Notes: generated by a model from the letters alone, not told the origin. Counted from the first letter of the stretch, positions 14,370 through 28,077 are shown. The stretch is DNA of 64,000 nucleotides from Eledone cirrhosa (GCA_964016885.1 OZ024745.1:45508001-45572000), one strand, 5' to 3'. A program made the numbers and translations.

Positions 14370-15230
14370 CAGTTCCACAACAATGTAGCAAATCATAGTC
14401 GAGAACTAGTGTTTCACTCGAACGATTCTTCAACTTGTGTATGGTTGTAGTGAGAACGGAAGTATATATAAGATGGTTGGATTCTATGCGGCAGATCTCG
14501 GTAGTTGAGTGAGAATTAAACTATTGTAGGGAGGATAACGTTTGAAGAATGATCCCTTGTGGTAGTTCAGTCCGGGTTGAACTTCAGGTTATCCTGGGAC
14601 TTCCAATTACGTAATAAAAACATTGCCGAGAGGAGGCAGCAATTTAAAAAAAATCGGCTCGCGTGTTAGGCCATTACAGTTAAGTAATCTCTGCAAGATA
14701 TTCACTCTTTCGTCGATGCACAACTTACAAGACACGTCTCCATTTTCGCATGGCCTTGATTTGGTGAGAAGTTTCCATTGAATGGAGAAATTCACGTCTG
14801 CATCCTTGAGTGACCATACGTGGCTTGCCAGCTTCGTGGACGATCGGTTATCAGAGTGTCTAAACGTCGTCTGATGGTTAAGGAAGCGTTCTTTAAACCG
14901 GCCCTTCGACATACCAACATAAGTTTTGACCTGCTGCTGTTGATGAGGCCAAGTGGATGTAAGATCAGTCTAATAGACCACTGCAGGTGTGTTACCCTGT
15001 TGTCGAAGAAGGCATGATCCTGGCTTTCTGCAAGAGCATCAGGTGGGGAACAGCTCTTTGTGTTGGTGTTGGTGGTGGTGTGTGCTTTTATATTTTTAGT
15101 ACAGGAATAGCCGAGTTTTACCCTGTCTATTTAACGTAGATTTGTATTTATGCCCTATAGTGAAGTGCTTCTTTAGGAGCGTTAGCAATTTCTTACCAAG
15201 CGAGAAGGGTGGGCAGAACCGAAAAAAAAT
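14370..15230 (-). mobile_element. degenerate Penelope-like element 3' fragment
   Basis: ORF 14607-14912(-): YVGMSKGRFKERFLNH...KLASHVWSLK...IQWKLL...CKLCIDE. HHR-like remnant at about 14400-14440(-). Confidence 0.75.
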
Positions 15231-15840
15231 GTATTTCTATTTTTGTTTCTACTAGTAGTGTGATTAAACGAGGAGTAAAACATTTTATCGGAGAAGTCGC
15301 TTTGACTAACGAAGTGTTATAGTTAGATGTGGGAATCAGCTATATAAGGATGCAGTTATTTGGGAATCACAGTATATGAAATGTGGATTTTATGGCGTCC
15401 TACCATGTTTAAGAATCATTTTATTTTGTTGTGTATATATAAAATAGGCGTTAATATATGAAATACATGTGCATACAATCACACCCTTGTACAGAAACAA
15501 ACACACGCACATGCATAAGCATACATGTATTTGTGTTCTTATATTTTCTATTTACAAATGTCATGAAAATTGTTTTAGTATTAACAATTATTTTACTGAA
15601 AATCATTCGGAGCACAGCTAGTCATATTCTGGCGCCTCTGTCATGTATCAGTTTTCTACTCCTCGTCATACTCCAATAAAATGTGAATATTCTCTGCTCC
15701 AACTAATATATTTGGCGTCGTCTTGAATTTATGATCATATGAGTATTATTGAGAAACATGACATACATCCTATCACATATGCAGTTATAGTAAGAAAAAT
15801 TGCGTTATTATTTTAATGTTTTGGTATAAGAATAATAATA

Positions 15841-15985
15841 ATTGTTTCTACTTTTGGCACAAGGCCAGCAATTATCCCAGTGTATTATGGTACTTTATTT
15901 GATCGACCCCGTAAGAAGGAAAGGCAAAGTTAACCTCGGCGGGATTTGAACTCAGATCATAAAGGGCCGTAACTCTTTGCTGAAA
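15841..15985 (-). mobile_element. SINE family A
   Basis: Reverse-complement core with B-box-like GAGTTCAAATCC and (ATT)n tail. Confidence 0.8.
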
Positions 15986-16078
15986 AGCAATAATAATAAT
16001 AACAATAATAATAATGAATATAACAACATTAACAACAACAACAAAAACAAAAACAACAACAACAATAACAACAACAAC

Positions 16079-16137
<59 letters not shown>

Positions 16138-16847
16138 GCAGGCCCTCGAAACGAAGTGGTTGAAACACCATATTTACAAGGAGGAGGCTAGCCCACTGTG
16201 CAGGATCTGTGGAGAGAGGAGACTGTGGCTCACATTGTATCCGAGTGTAAACACCTAGCCCAGACTCACTATAAGGGCTGGAGACATGATGTGATGGGGG
16301 GGGGGGGTGATCCACTGGCACCTATGCAAAGTAAACAATTTACCACATTCTGAGAAGTGGTATGAGCATAAGCCAGAGGCGGTGATAGAAAACGATCAGG
16401 TGAAGGTGCTGTGGGATTTTAGGATACAGACGGACAAGAAACTGGAACACAATAGACCTGATCTGGTGGTTTTGGACAAGGAAAAAAGATCGTGCCTGAT
16501 TGTGGATGTGGCCTGCCCATTCGACACGAGAGTACAAGAGAAGGAGAGGGAGAAAATTAACCGATACCAGGACTTAAAGTGGGAGGTAAAAGGATTTGGA
16601 ACTGCCATGAAGTCAAAGTGGTCCCGATTGTCATAGGCGCACTAGGTACTATCTCAAAAAGTTTCCAGGGATGGTTAAAGAAAATTAGCCCCGCCACGCT
16701 TTTTGGAACGCTTCAAAAGGCATGCTTGCTGGGAACAGCAAGAACCCTCCGATACGTCCTGAATATCTGAGGCTGCAGGTAGTGGCTTGATATTCATTTC
16801 AACAAACTTTCCAGTTAACTAACATCAATGACTGAGACTCAAAGAAC
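16138..16847 (+). mobile_element. R4/Dong-type non-LTR retrotransposon 3' fragment (restriction-like endonuclease domain), copy 1
   Basis: CRICGE zinc finger, RHD, IHWHLCK, VLWDFRIQTD...NRPDLVV...IVDVACPFD...VVPIVIGALG. Frameshifted. Embedded in (AAT)n. Confidence 0.85.
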
Positions 16848-16890
<43 letters not shown>

Positions 16891-17637
16891 GCCAACATAA
16901 TGAAAAATGGATGCAGCCCATTATGCCGTGTATGCAAAAAACAACCAGAGATCATTGACCATATAATTTCAATGTGCAGTCCTATAGCTCCAACCGAATA
17001 CCTAAACAGGCATGACAGAGCTGCACAATACATACATTGGATAATGTGTAAGCATTTTGACCTGCCCCATCAAAAGAATTGGTGGGAGCATCAACCACCA
17101 CCCATACTTGAAAAAGATCACATCTCAATCTTGTGGAACTTTAGCATCCAAACAGACCGAAAAATAGATGCAAATAGACCTGATATAATATTGAAGGACT
17201 TTAAAAAGAGGGTATGCCTGCTAATTGATATGTCTGTTCCAATAGACAAGAATGTATCTATAAAAACATTTGAAAAATTGAGCAAGTATAAGGACCTGGA
17301 GATAGAAATTGGAAAAATCTGGAAATTGAGAACTAAAACAATACCAGTGGTTGTAGGCGCTCTGGGAATGATACCTAAGGGGTCTAATGATTACTTATCG
17401 CAAATCCCAGGAAACCCGCGTATAGGAGAAATACAAAAGATAGTACTAATGGGAACTGCCCATATACTAAGGAAGATTCTGTCAATATAAGTACATCACA
17501 AGTCTAAACACTAAAGATGCATGTGTGAGTATGTATGTTCTTTCTTGAACATGGCGGACCTTGTTGTCTCTTGAGGTCACTGGTTGTGACTTGGTGGTGA
17601 CAACTCGTATGAACATAAAGCAAGATAAATGCAACTG
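16891..17637 (+). mobile_element. R4/Dong-type non-LTR retrotransposon 3' fragment (RLE domain), copy 2, different subfamily
   Basis: Open frame to stop at 17490: CRVC...H...C, RHD, NRPDII...LIDMSVP...KLSKY..LE...IPVVVGALG. (TAA)n on both sides. Confidence 0.88.
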
Positions 17638-17662
17638 TAATAATAATAATAATAATAATAAT

Positions 17663-17737
17663 AATTGTTTCTACGTTAGGCACAAGGCCAGCAATTACCC
17701 AGTGCATTACTGGTACTTTATTTTATCGGCCCCGTAA
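17663..17737 (-). mobile_element. SINE family A 3' fragment
   Basis: Tail and part of the core in reverse complement. Confidence 0.75.
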
Positions 17738-18094
17738 CTAAACATCAATGACTGAGACTCAAAGAATAATAATAATAATAATGATTTCATTTATTGGCCA
17801 CAAGGGCCGACATATAGGGGACAATACAAAAGACTGGGACAGTGGGGTTTTACAGAAAAATCGAGTAAACAATGTGAATAACAATAACAAAGTAACAAGA
17901 AAGTAACAAGAAAATTATAACAAGAAAAAATTCCCCAATAGGGGGGACGACCACCTAGGGTTCGCTCAGGTACCCCACCAATCCTGAACGACCCGACGCT
18001 TCGAGAGCACCCTGGAAGGGCACCCCTCTCCTCTTCAAATTTACCTACCTACAGCCGCACGACCAGGGCTATTCTCGCCACATTTACCCACCTT

Positions 18095-21000
18095 TCAACA
18101 AATGTACTGGGGGGGGGGAAGCGCTTCTCTCTCCACCCTCACCTTCCTTTCCAAGTGAAACTTGAAAATGATGATGAGGGATTGGCCGAAGAGAAAAGTG
18201 TCTGTCTTCAGTCCTTTCAACCTCGTCCACCATACAACCTCTTTCGTTACTGCCACCAGACAGAGGAAAATTGCCTGCCCTTCCTGGCCAAAAGAAGGCG
18301 GCGGGTCGATCTTCACTATGGACTCGGCCGATAGCCGGATCCGTTCTACATGCAACAACAGCTGTTCAACATGACTCCACAAGTCAGTAATGCACGGACA
18401 CTGGACGAGTGCGTGCAGCACGGTTTCGTCGCTCTGCGCGCATCTCGTGCAGGCCCGTCTGACAGAACTTCCGTGCCTGTAGAGTTTATCTCGAACCGGC
18501 AGTGCCCCCCGGTAGCACTGCCAAGCGAGGGATTTTTGGAAATTATCCATCGTCCCCGGCTCGAAAGTCCTCCGGTACAGACTGGTTAGTTCGACTTCGT
18601 TGACTCCCAGAGCCTCTCCAAGTGCGTCGTCGCACTTGTCCACCACTAATACTCTATAAAACTCGAGAGTGGAAGTTCCACTGACCGCATTGCCCGCTTA
18701 GTAGAGGGCAATGAGTGCCTGGCAACATTCCAGATGTCAGTCACCCTGTCTCGGTTTCATCTTGACCCAGGACTGCAACTCAAGGAAACGATCTGCAGAA
18801 AGGCCCGTCTGACAAACGGCGACCACACCTGTTCACCGTTTAGGCAGAATATTTGGAGATGCCGCAGCCTCAGCGCGTGCCTGCGCATCATTGGCCACGG
18901 CATGCCCAGCCCTCCACGTAGAGGGTGCTGGCAGCAGATGGCCCGCCTCACCAGCGGAACCTGAGTCAGGTTCCGCTGGTGAGGCGGGCCATCTGCTGCC
19001 AGCACCCTCTACAAGAATTTGAAGAGGAGCCGCTCCAAGATGGCGAGGCGTGAACGGGGGCAAGGGACGACAGTCAGACGGTAGTAGATGACGGACGCGA
19101 TGTACGCGTTCGCCACCTCCGCCCGACCTTTCAGTGATAGCTTCATCCCAGCCCATTTCTGGGTGAGACTGACTACCCTGCCTGTCACCTCGTTCCAATT
19201 CTTATCCACCTGGAGGTCTGGCCCGAACCAAACCCCTAGCAACTTTACCGGTCCGTACGTCCAGCGCCTAACGACGCTGTTGGACGGCATGGACTTGCCT
19301 CTCCAGGTGCCGAGTTGCAAGCCCACTGACTTTTCCGGGTTAAGTTTTGCTCCCGTCAACTTTTCATATTCCTCCAATAAGTTGCCGACCACCTCGATTT
19401 CTGAGGTGTCCGACACCATCACGGTGATGTCGTCCGCATAAGCCGACACAGCCTTTCCGCGTCCCGGTTCGAGCGGGATGCCCTGCAACAGCTCCAGCTT
19501 CCCCAGTAAAGGCTCGAGAGTCAATACGTACAGAAGGGAGGAGAGAGGGCAACCTTGACGGACCGATCGGGAGACCTGAAACGGTTCCGATAGGTGGCCA
19601 TTAATTTTGACCATCGAGCAGGTGCCGCTGTGCATTGCAGCGATCCAGCTTCTGAAGACGGGGCCGAAGCCAGCCGCCTTGAGGACAGCCTCCAGGTACC
19701 GATAGTCGAATGCTTTCGATTGATCTAAATTGATCAGAGCCCCACCGAAGCCAGGTTTACACCCTACCCTCTCTATGATGTATCGCATTAGGTGGAGGTT
19801 GTTGTGTATGGACCTGGTTGGGATTGCGCAAGTTTGCGCCTCCCCAACCAAATCCCCGACGACAAGCGCCAACCTCTTCGCTAACACCCTGGCCAAAATC
19901 TTAAACTCTGTGTTGAGCAGAGTTGTGGGCCTGAAACTGTCTAATGTGTCCCTCTTGTTCTCGTCTTTCCTTATCAGCGTCACTACGCCCCGGCTCACAG
20001 AACTGGGAATACTCCCGTTTTGCTGCCAGTTGCAGTAGAGGGCTTCGAGGAGATTGGAGAACAAGTCTGGCATATTTACGTAAAGCTCGTAGGGCAGACC
20101 ATCCAAACTGGGTGACTTGCGCCTCATGCAGCTGACCAGGGCATCCTGAATCTCGGCTGAAGTAATTGGCCTTTCGCAGCGCCCAGCGTCAGCCGTCGAG
20201 AGTTGCGGCAAGCCATCGAGGTAGGTACTGAAGTCCGCCATCATCTCTGACTCGCCACTTCCCCCGAACAACCGAGCAAAATGTTGGCGAAAGGCCTCAC
20301 ACATCCTCTTGGAATCGCTCAGCTCGTGCCCGTCTCGGTCCGTCAAAGACCGAATCGTGGTTTTATTACCACGCTGCGCCTCTGCCACGCGGGCCCATCG
20401 AACAGCTTTGGTTCCCTCGTTTCTCAGAGCACGCGCCTTAGATCTGACAATGCAACCTTCGTGTTTCGCATTGAAGAAATGGTCTAATGCCATTCTCGCC
20501 GCTAGCACATCAGTTGCAATGCCACTACCAATAGACTCGTCTAACTTATCTACCAACTCCCCCTCCTTTCTATTTTTCTCTAACGCTACTTCCTTGCTAA
20601 ACTCTATCGACATTACTCTAATCTCTCTTTTGAGAGCCCCCCACCATCTATTGTTGACGACTCCCTCTGTCAACTTTTTCTTAACTAAATTGTTTACCTG
20701 GTCCCTGTAAGCCTTACGTGCCGGAAAGGACATGTTTAGCTTCCAGTAACCAGGTCCTAACCTACGCGTCTTATCTAGGTCGACCATAGAGATCACAAAC
20801 TTGTGATCTGAATAGGCGACCGTTTCAAAACGTGGACAGCTTACACTATTTCTGTCTATTTTCCTAATGGATATCCTGTCTATATACGATCTAGATGACC
20901 CTATGCGGTCAGCCCAGGTCCACACTGGCGCATTAGGGAAATCTAGTCGGTACCTGCCAGACAGTTGGAACTGGCTGATCGGGTACTTGAGGCTTTTGCA

Positions 21001-21483
21001 CACCCCGCTCCTATCGGATACTCCCACAGAGTCCCAGCGTGCGTCTAAGATGCCGTTCCAGTCCCCCGCTAACAGTAAAGGGCGAGACGTACCCAGAAAG
21101 GCTTCCAGGCGTGTAAAGAAGTCCGGCCGTCCTGCCCCAGCAGGAGCATAGACGGCCACCAGTCTAAAGGTACCACCTTCATTATTGTTCACGTCCAGGA
21201 CCACCAACTTCCCGTCCGGGTCCCGGAAGATCGACCTTACCTCGAGATCCAGGCCTTTCCTAAACAGCACTGCCACCCCGCCTCCCTTTCCCGGCCGGCT
21301 AACTGATGCAAAGATCTGATAGTCATCGAAAATGGGGGCTAGTGCGCGCGTGTCGGAAATCCTGGTCTCGCTGACTGCAATTACATCCATTTCTATAGAC
21401 CTGAGGTCGTTGAGCAGGTGACCCTGCTTCCAGGACGATCCCAGGCCTCGAACATTTAAACATCCTACTCTTAATACGGCCAT
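18095..21483 (-). pseudogene. Tx1-type ORF2 (APE endonuclease + reverse transcriptase + zinc finger); open for 824 aa (19009-21483), then disrupted
   Basis: APE motifs LNVRG, VSET, GDWN, IDRI, SDH. RT motifs KSPSLDG, FRPTTLLN, DQSKAFD, QGCPLS, YADD. GGLG and zf-RVT lie in downstream fragments. Confidence 0.9.
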
Positions 21484-21518
21484 GTTGGCAGGTTAAAAAG
21501 AGAGAGAGGAAGGTTTAC

Positions 21519-23510
21519 TTACCTTCCGGGCTCTTGTGAAGGCCGGGTTGTTCGACCTCCATAGTTAGTGGGGTTTCTTTTGGGAACCCCTTTAAAAGTC
21601 TTGAAGTGGGTTTTACGTTCGGGGACCCACGTCCCGAGGAAAGCTGTCTCGCATTTCTTTGAATATGTCGAGCGACATTCGCACCAGAACCAAATCTCCC
21701 GCCACGCGAAATGTGCTCGATTTAAAAATTTCCCCCTCTTTTTGTATATTTTCACTTCGTGCTACGAGGGCCATCAGTTCCTTGTTGGCCCTCCTGACGA
21801 GCACGAAGTTTTGTATATTTTGTTGGTGTGATTTTATTTGTTTGCGTGGCGGTGGTGGTGATGGTTTTGGTGGTGGTGTTTCGGTTGTATCTGTGTTTGT
21901 TGTGAGTGCGGTGTCTGTGGTTTCAGATGTTTGTGTGTATATTTGTTCTTGCGTCTGTTTCGGTTGTTTGCGTTTGGGGGATTCTGGTGATGGTGATGGT
22001 GGTGTTGATGTTGGTGTTATTGGAGAGATGTTTGCGTGGGTGGTGTCTGCGGTTTTTTTTGTGGGTGCTTTTTTGCTTTGTTGAGTTTTTTTTTCTTTTT
22101 GTGTTTCCTTTTTTGTATTTTGGGGGATTTTGGATTTCCCTCATTTTCACTACTGGTAGATGAGGGGTCTTCTGTGTCTGTAAGTGTGTCTGTATGTATG
22201 TTTATGGTTTTATTGGTGTGTGTATTTTGGGGGGGGGGGGGAATTTGACAGCTTTCCTCGTTTCCCCCCTGGGTGGTCAATGTTGGTGGTGGTCTTTCTA
22301 TTGGTGTTGTTGTTGGTGATTTTGCCGGTGCTGGTGTTGGTTGTAGTCCTCGCCCCGGCGTCGACAGCAGTGGAGCCTTTCGACCCATTGCCTCTTTCAG
22401 CAGTTGAGGGCAGAAGGCTCGCAAATGGGTTTTTTCCCCACAAACAAAACACTGCGGCCTTTTGCCTTCGGTCATAATGTGAATGACCGTCCCATTCTGA
22501 AGGCGGATGTCGTCCGGGATTGTCTTCACATTCTCGGGCCTGATCTGGAGAAGGATTTCCATGTCAACCCCAGACCAGTCCTCTCTGATCGTTCTGGTCA
22601 CTTCTATAAGGACTGTACAATCACACATCCCAGAAGACACCACATGTCAAGTCCTGGTGGGATTCTGGGAATGCAGTTGGTATTGTTCTTTTTCCCATAT
22701 GGGAGGGGTACATTATGACCTTGCTGGTTTTGCAAGGAGTCATAGCGTGTTTCATAGCGAGGGCTGCTGACTTGAACAACACTGAAGTGGTGCCGTACTG
22801 TCTGCCCCTCTCTATGTACTGGGTGTCTTCTCTGATGTACCTCAGCACGACTTCGACATCTTCTTGTGGGATTAAAGCTGCCCTTTTGGTTTGTGCTGAG
22901 ATACATCTATAATGCGCCGTTTTGCGCTCCACTGCCTCAATAGCTTCTACCGGGACAGTTAAGTTGGCCCAAGTTTGCTCTTGCTTGATGAGCTTCCATG
23001 CCTGGGCCAACTTTTCATCTTTGTTTGAGAGGTCCATGTTGAAGCATGGCCTCTCTTTTGCTGCTGCCGCAGCGAAAGTGTTCTTCATGTTTTCATTGGG
23101 CGTTTTGTTGTCGTTGTTAATGTTGGTGTTGTTGTTAGCACTGTCGCTGTTATCATTGTTGTCTTTGTTGCCACCGTTGTTCTCCGTGCAGTTGGTATTG
23201 TTGCTGTTGGTGTTGTCGCTATTTGTTTTCATGTTAGTGGTGTTGATATTGTTGTTGTATTTGTTATTTTTTTTTTGTTATCTGTATTTTCGTTGTCGCT
23301 GTTACTGTCATTTTGTTCAAAATTAGAGTTCTCATTGGTATCATTGGTGTCTTTGTTTACCTTGTTTGTGGTGGCGTTTATGTTATCAATGTGTGTTAAT
23401 TTCGCTGTAGCGCTCCTCTCAACTTCTACGTCGTTGTCGCACGACAGCCGACATATCGCTGGGGGGCGTGGCTCAGCCATGTTTTTTTTTCTTCGTAAAT
23501 TTTTTAACAT
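21519..23510 (-). pseudogene. Tx1-type ORF1 (frameshifted, CCHC zinc knuckle)
   Basis: Overlapping ORFs 23229-23510, 22621-23232, 22017-22643 and others. CFVCGEKTHLRAFC knuckle. Lies immediately upstream of ORF2. Confidence 0.75.
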
Positions 23511-23686
23511 GTAAAAAAAGGTTCAAATATTTGGGCCAAAAGGCCCAAATATTATACTTTCCCCTTCACGGGGCAAAGTCTAAGGGCTTATATCCCTTAC
23601 ACAACAAGAAATATTTAACAACAAATAATTTTAACAGGCAAATAAAGCGACTTACTGTAAGCGAGCAAAATACGTCTGCTTAGACC

Positions 23687-23727
<41 letters not shown>

Positions 23728-24854
23728 CAGTAATAATAGTAATGATAATCCGAAGCAAGTAATAAAGCAACATAACAATTATTTTCAAGAGAAAATATAA
23801 GAAACATCCATTATATTACACACAAAAAATAGAAGAAAAATAATAACCATTTCGGTCACCATTAGTAAATGAAGTTTTTAGTGGGCCTCGCCGTAGTGGC
23901 GAATAAAAACTGCAAGTAAAATTCACGTATGAAAATATGCAGAGCTATATAGCTCATTAAATGACAAGATTTATTATAAGCAGAAACAAACCAATAAAAA
24001 GCCACAGACTGGAGCCAATGCAAAATATATTTAAACGGAATGTGTAATGATCATCAGATATGTAGGTATTAATGTGTATGTATGAATAAAAGCAAGAGTT
24101 TGTAGCAGTACATTATATATATATATAATAAGGATTTAGATCGATATACGATGATTTCGATCTCGTGGCTTATAATTTGCTCAATGGAACGAATCAGAGC
24201 AAACACTATACGTTAAAATGTTGTAAAGCAACAGTTCCTAAGTAAGTAACCCTTGCGGGAAAGCAAAGAGAAAGGTTTACTGCCTAAATAATTCTGAATC
24301 TATTGGCCGATACTGGAGATAGATATGACGGTGTCGAGTGTACCATCTCTAAGATGGAGATACTCCTGAAAGCTGAGAGTTGGTATTAGAATTGAATAAA
24401 TATCGGAAGACATTTAAATTATCGGAATACATGTTAAAATGAACTATTCCAACAAGGTCAACGGTATATCAAAACCAAACGAATTGTAGTCTGATGATAA
24501 TGCAGGTAAGGTTAAGGAATTCTGCTTTGAAATAGGTAGCGAGGTGATTCAGACGAACAGGAGGCTGCCAATTAAGATCTGTCACCGTATCTAGCGTTAC
24601 CCTTAGGCTATGCCTAAAGTTTATTGAAAATCTGTCCAAGGTGAGACTAAGAGACACTGCCATTGACAACGTAGGTGTGAAAGGGCTATTTAAAGTGTGG
24701 CGTTTTGCACATGGCCATTTGCCAATGTACAAATGGTACTGTTAACGAAAGAGGAAAGATTCAAAAAGTGCGGTAGCAAGATTTTACAACATTAGTTGTT
24801 ACCCAACATGATTCACAGAAAAGTTGTGTGCATATTCAAATGTATACTCCCACC

Positions 24855-24913
<59 letters not shown>

Positions 24914-24975
24914 GGCGTGTGTGTGTCTGTGTGCGTGCGTCAGGTGGCGTGTGCGAGCGCTTGTGTGGGCGTTTG

Positions 24976-25016
<41 letters not shown>

Positions 25017-25123
25017 ATGTGTATTTATGTGTGTGCATTTGTATAAAATATAAACGTTGCAGCAATAATGGTATGTCTTTGCAAGAAAAATCGAAACAAC
25101 ACAATTCAGAACGATTTGCCACT

Positions 25124-25136
25124 ACTACTATTAGTT

Positions 25137-25211
<75 letters not shown>

Positions 25212-25232
25212 GTGGTGGTAGTAGTAGTAGTA
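25124..25232. repeat. (ACT)n/(AGT)n trinucleotide microsatellite
   Basis: Direct inspection. Confidence 0.9.
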
Positions 25233-26256
25233 AGCCAATTACAAGACCATGTCACGATTCTGAAATCGTTCACATTTAGTGATTTTTAAGCAACAGAGTG
25301 GGTGTAAAAGCACTAAATGAACTTAGAATGTATTTAAGGTGTGAAACTAAATAGCCACATCATTGAATTAGTGGCGTTTCTCAATATTTTGCTGTCATGG
25401 TTTATATTTGCTTTGTAACCATACTGGATGTCTACGTCCCTGGAGTACACTGGTTTGATATATTGAAATTCTCGCAAAATTTTAACAAATGATATCTCCC
25501 AATTCAGATAAACGCGCCGAATAAATCTAACTATATTATAGTATGTTACGAAAATAAATGCGACTACCACATATAAATATGTAAATAAATTTCCGTAAAG
25601 TCAAAATGCTCTAACCATTTTCGTTTCTCATTTCTTTATGATAATGATACCCTTGGAAATGGAATATAGCTATTCATTTCCTAGGAAACTTTTGCCTTCT
25701 CGAATTTAAATCAGTTATTAAATCAGACCTGCCAACCTCTAAAAACCTACACGGGGAGTACCATGAAAAACGTGCCCTATTGCATTAGCAACACAATTAT
25801 AGTGAATTTAAAGTTAACAATACTTTTCTGAATCACATAGGCCTGTTCTGCTATGAGTACTCGGGATTAATTGTCGCTGATGCCACCAATTTGTCCGTAT
25901 GGAAATTCTTGTTGAGTTGCAATTGTCAGAATATCGGTACCCAAAATTGCTTGTGGTTACAAGGTATTATCGAACACATCTCGCTGCTTTCATGGTTTCA
26001 CTATTTGCATATTTAGCATATAATTTTCGTCAGCTCAAATTCTATTCATCCCTTACTTTATATATAAGAAGTTACTTTAACATCATTTTAATATTTATTT
26101 TAAGATATAGATGTTTGACGCAAAATTAGGTCTATCATCTTGTTGAATATGCAAGCTTACTAACTTACATGGCAATATAACGGTAAATTATATTGCTACA
26201 TCGTATGTTGTAAGATTATGACACTCATTCTTTCATAGATGATGCGAATAAAAATA

Positions 26257-26475
26257 CAGGCTGTGTCATAAGTAACCGGATCAATGCATTATTATTGCAA
26301 TATTCACAGATAACTTTTTGAACATCCGCTTATTTGTGTGTGAGCAACCATATTTATTTTCTAGCTACTTTTGTTTGATATATTTATAATTTTGAAATGT
26401 AGGACCCGAATTTTAGTAACTATTATCATTTGGAATATAAATGTTGGACTGTCCGGTTACTTATGACTCACCTTG
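26257..26475. mobile_element. Tc1/mariner-type MITE
   Basis: TIRs CAGGCTGTGTCATAAGTAACCGGA / TCCGGTTACTTATGACTCACCTTG, TA on both sides. Confidence 0.75.
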
Positions 26476-26656
26476 TACTATAACATTGACTAAATTATTG
26501 ATTATACCATAAATGTTTTTAAAGCTGTTAAAGCTAAGCACATGCTATGCAAGTGATGTAATTAACATTGAATATTTGCAACACAAATGTAAATTTGTTA
26601 GGAAAAAGAATTATTTTCATATAGACACCCAATTCTACTTCGCATTCTATGAAATA

Positions 26657-27482
26657 CGAGGTCTGTTAAAAACACATACGACCTAAGGTTAGGGAAAGAA
26701 ATGTATTTGGTTGGGCACAATTGCTAATTCCCTTTCCCGTAGGCTGCTTGCGCCTTCTTTGAATCAATCATAACTGGAATTTTTTCCCCAGAATGTTTCG
26801 CAGCTCTACCGTTGCGGTCCGCATGATGTCCTCTAGGCTTTCAAAGAGTGATCTTTGCAGTATCAGCTTTATTTATTATTTTTTGGGGGGGGGGGGGGGG
26901 CAACCAATAGTTAGAAGAAAACATACATAGAGAGTAAGAAGTCTGGTGAATGGGCAGAATCCTTTTTTTCCCCAGGAAATCTTATATAAGGCGGATTGTT
27001 GTCATGATGCAGAAGCTAGTTTTCTGAAGCTCACAGGCCCTCTCCCGTCGATTAAGGAGACGTCAGAGGACTTCCTGACAGCATTCCTTTGCAACTGCGT
27101 ATTCATGCTGAAAAACCTCATTGGTAGTTGAAAAAAGCAGTCAGGATCACCTTCATTTGACGTGATATTTTGGAAGCTTGGTGAGGTTGGACGCTTCCCC
27201 TGTGGTGACTGGACTTTGAATACATATTGCTCATTTCGATTTATCACAGTATTCAGGAACATAGGATCTTTATTGGTTATAACGGGCTAAATGAAAATTC
27301 GACGAGTCAGTGGTACAGCATCCCACACGCTGTTTGTCTGATAACGACTGACGAGTCCAGCAATCTTTCCAGAAACAACGGATGTGTATAAATGTCTGAG
27401 ACTACAATCTCAACATTTGGTCTCCGTAAAGTCATTACTTCCCAAGAGAAAGAAAGAAAACGGGATATTTCGACAGATCTCG
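26657..27482 (-). mobile_element. degenerate, internally deleted mariner element
   Basis: TA-CGAGGTCTGTTAAAA / TTTCGACAGATCTCG-TA ends. Minus-strand remnants FLNTVI, LLHHDN and FESLEDIMRTATVELRNI. Confidence 0.65.
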
Positions 27483-27754
27483 TACATCGCTATCTCTTTG
27501 TTTGTGAATCTATACACTGTTAATGCTGGAACACATAAAACATAACATTTTATTAATTGCATTTTTACAAAATACGCCTTCTGGTTTAGTAAGTATCTTA
27601 ATTACTGCACGGATTTTACTCTTCCTATACTTAAATCAATATTAATACATGTTCAGCACTAAACGCATACTAATCTTAACAATTAAAACCTTTTAATGTT
27701 TTTTAAACCATTGTATACTAATTTGTGCAGTTACTCTCTTCTTACTCTCTTTCT

Positions 27755-27802
<48 letters not shown>

Positions 27803-27826
27803 TATGTGTTTGTATGCATGAATATA

Positions 27827-27869
<43 letters not shown>

Positions 27870-28046
27870 CTGTGTGTGTGTATGTATGTGCGTGTGTGTG
27901 AATGTGCATGTCTTTGTTTGTCTGTCAACAGTTGAATAAATAAAACAGAACACGAAAGCAGCATATTACGATGGCTGGTATCGGCTTAAATCGTATATAA
28001 CATACATACATGCCTTTTATATTTTAGATGTTAGTCCTATACCAGA

Positions 28047-28077
<31 letters not shown>

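Larger units (their letters stand above)
17783..23686 (-). mobile_element. near-full-length Tx1-type (L1 clade) LINE inserted in (AAT)n microsatellite
   Basis: ORF1 pieces with a CCHC knuckle, APE-RT ORF2, C-terminal zf-RVT (CTRC..SDETVLHALVQC), AATAAA at 17790-17795(-) followed by (ATT)n, and (AAT)n on both flanks. Confidence 0.92.

Noticed and set aside
19088-23326. Plus-strand ORFs overlapping the Tx1 element (and 31970-32473 over the RTE)
   Set aside because: Antisense shadows of GC-richer retroelement coding sequence.
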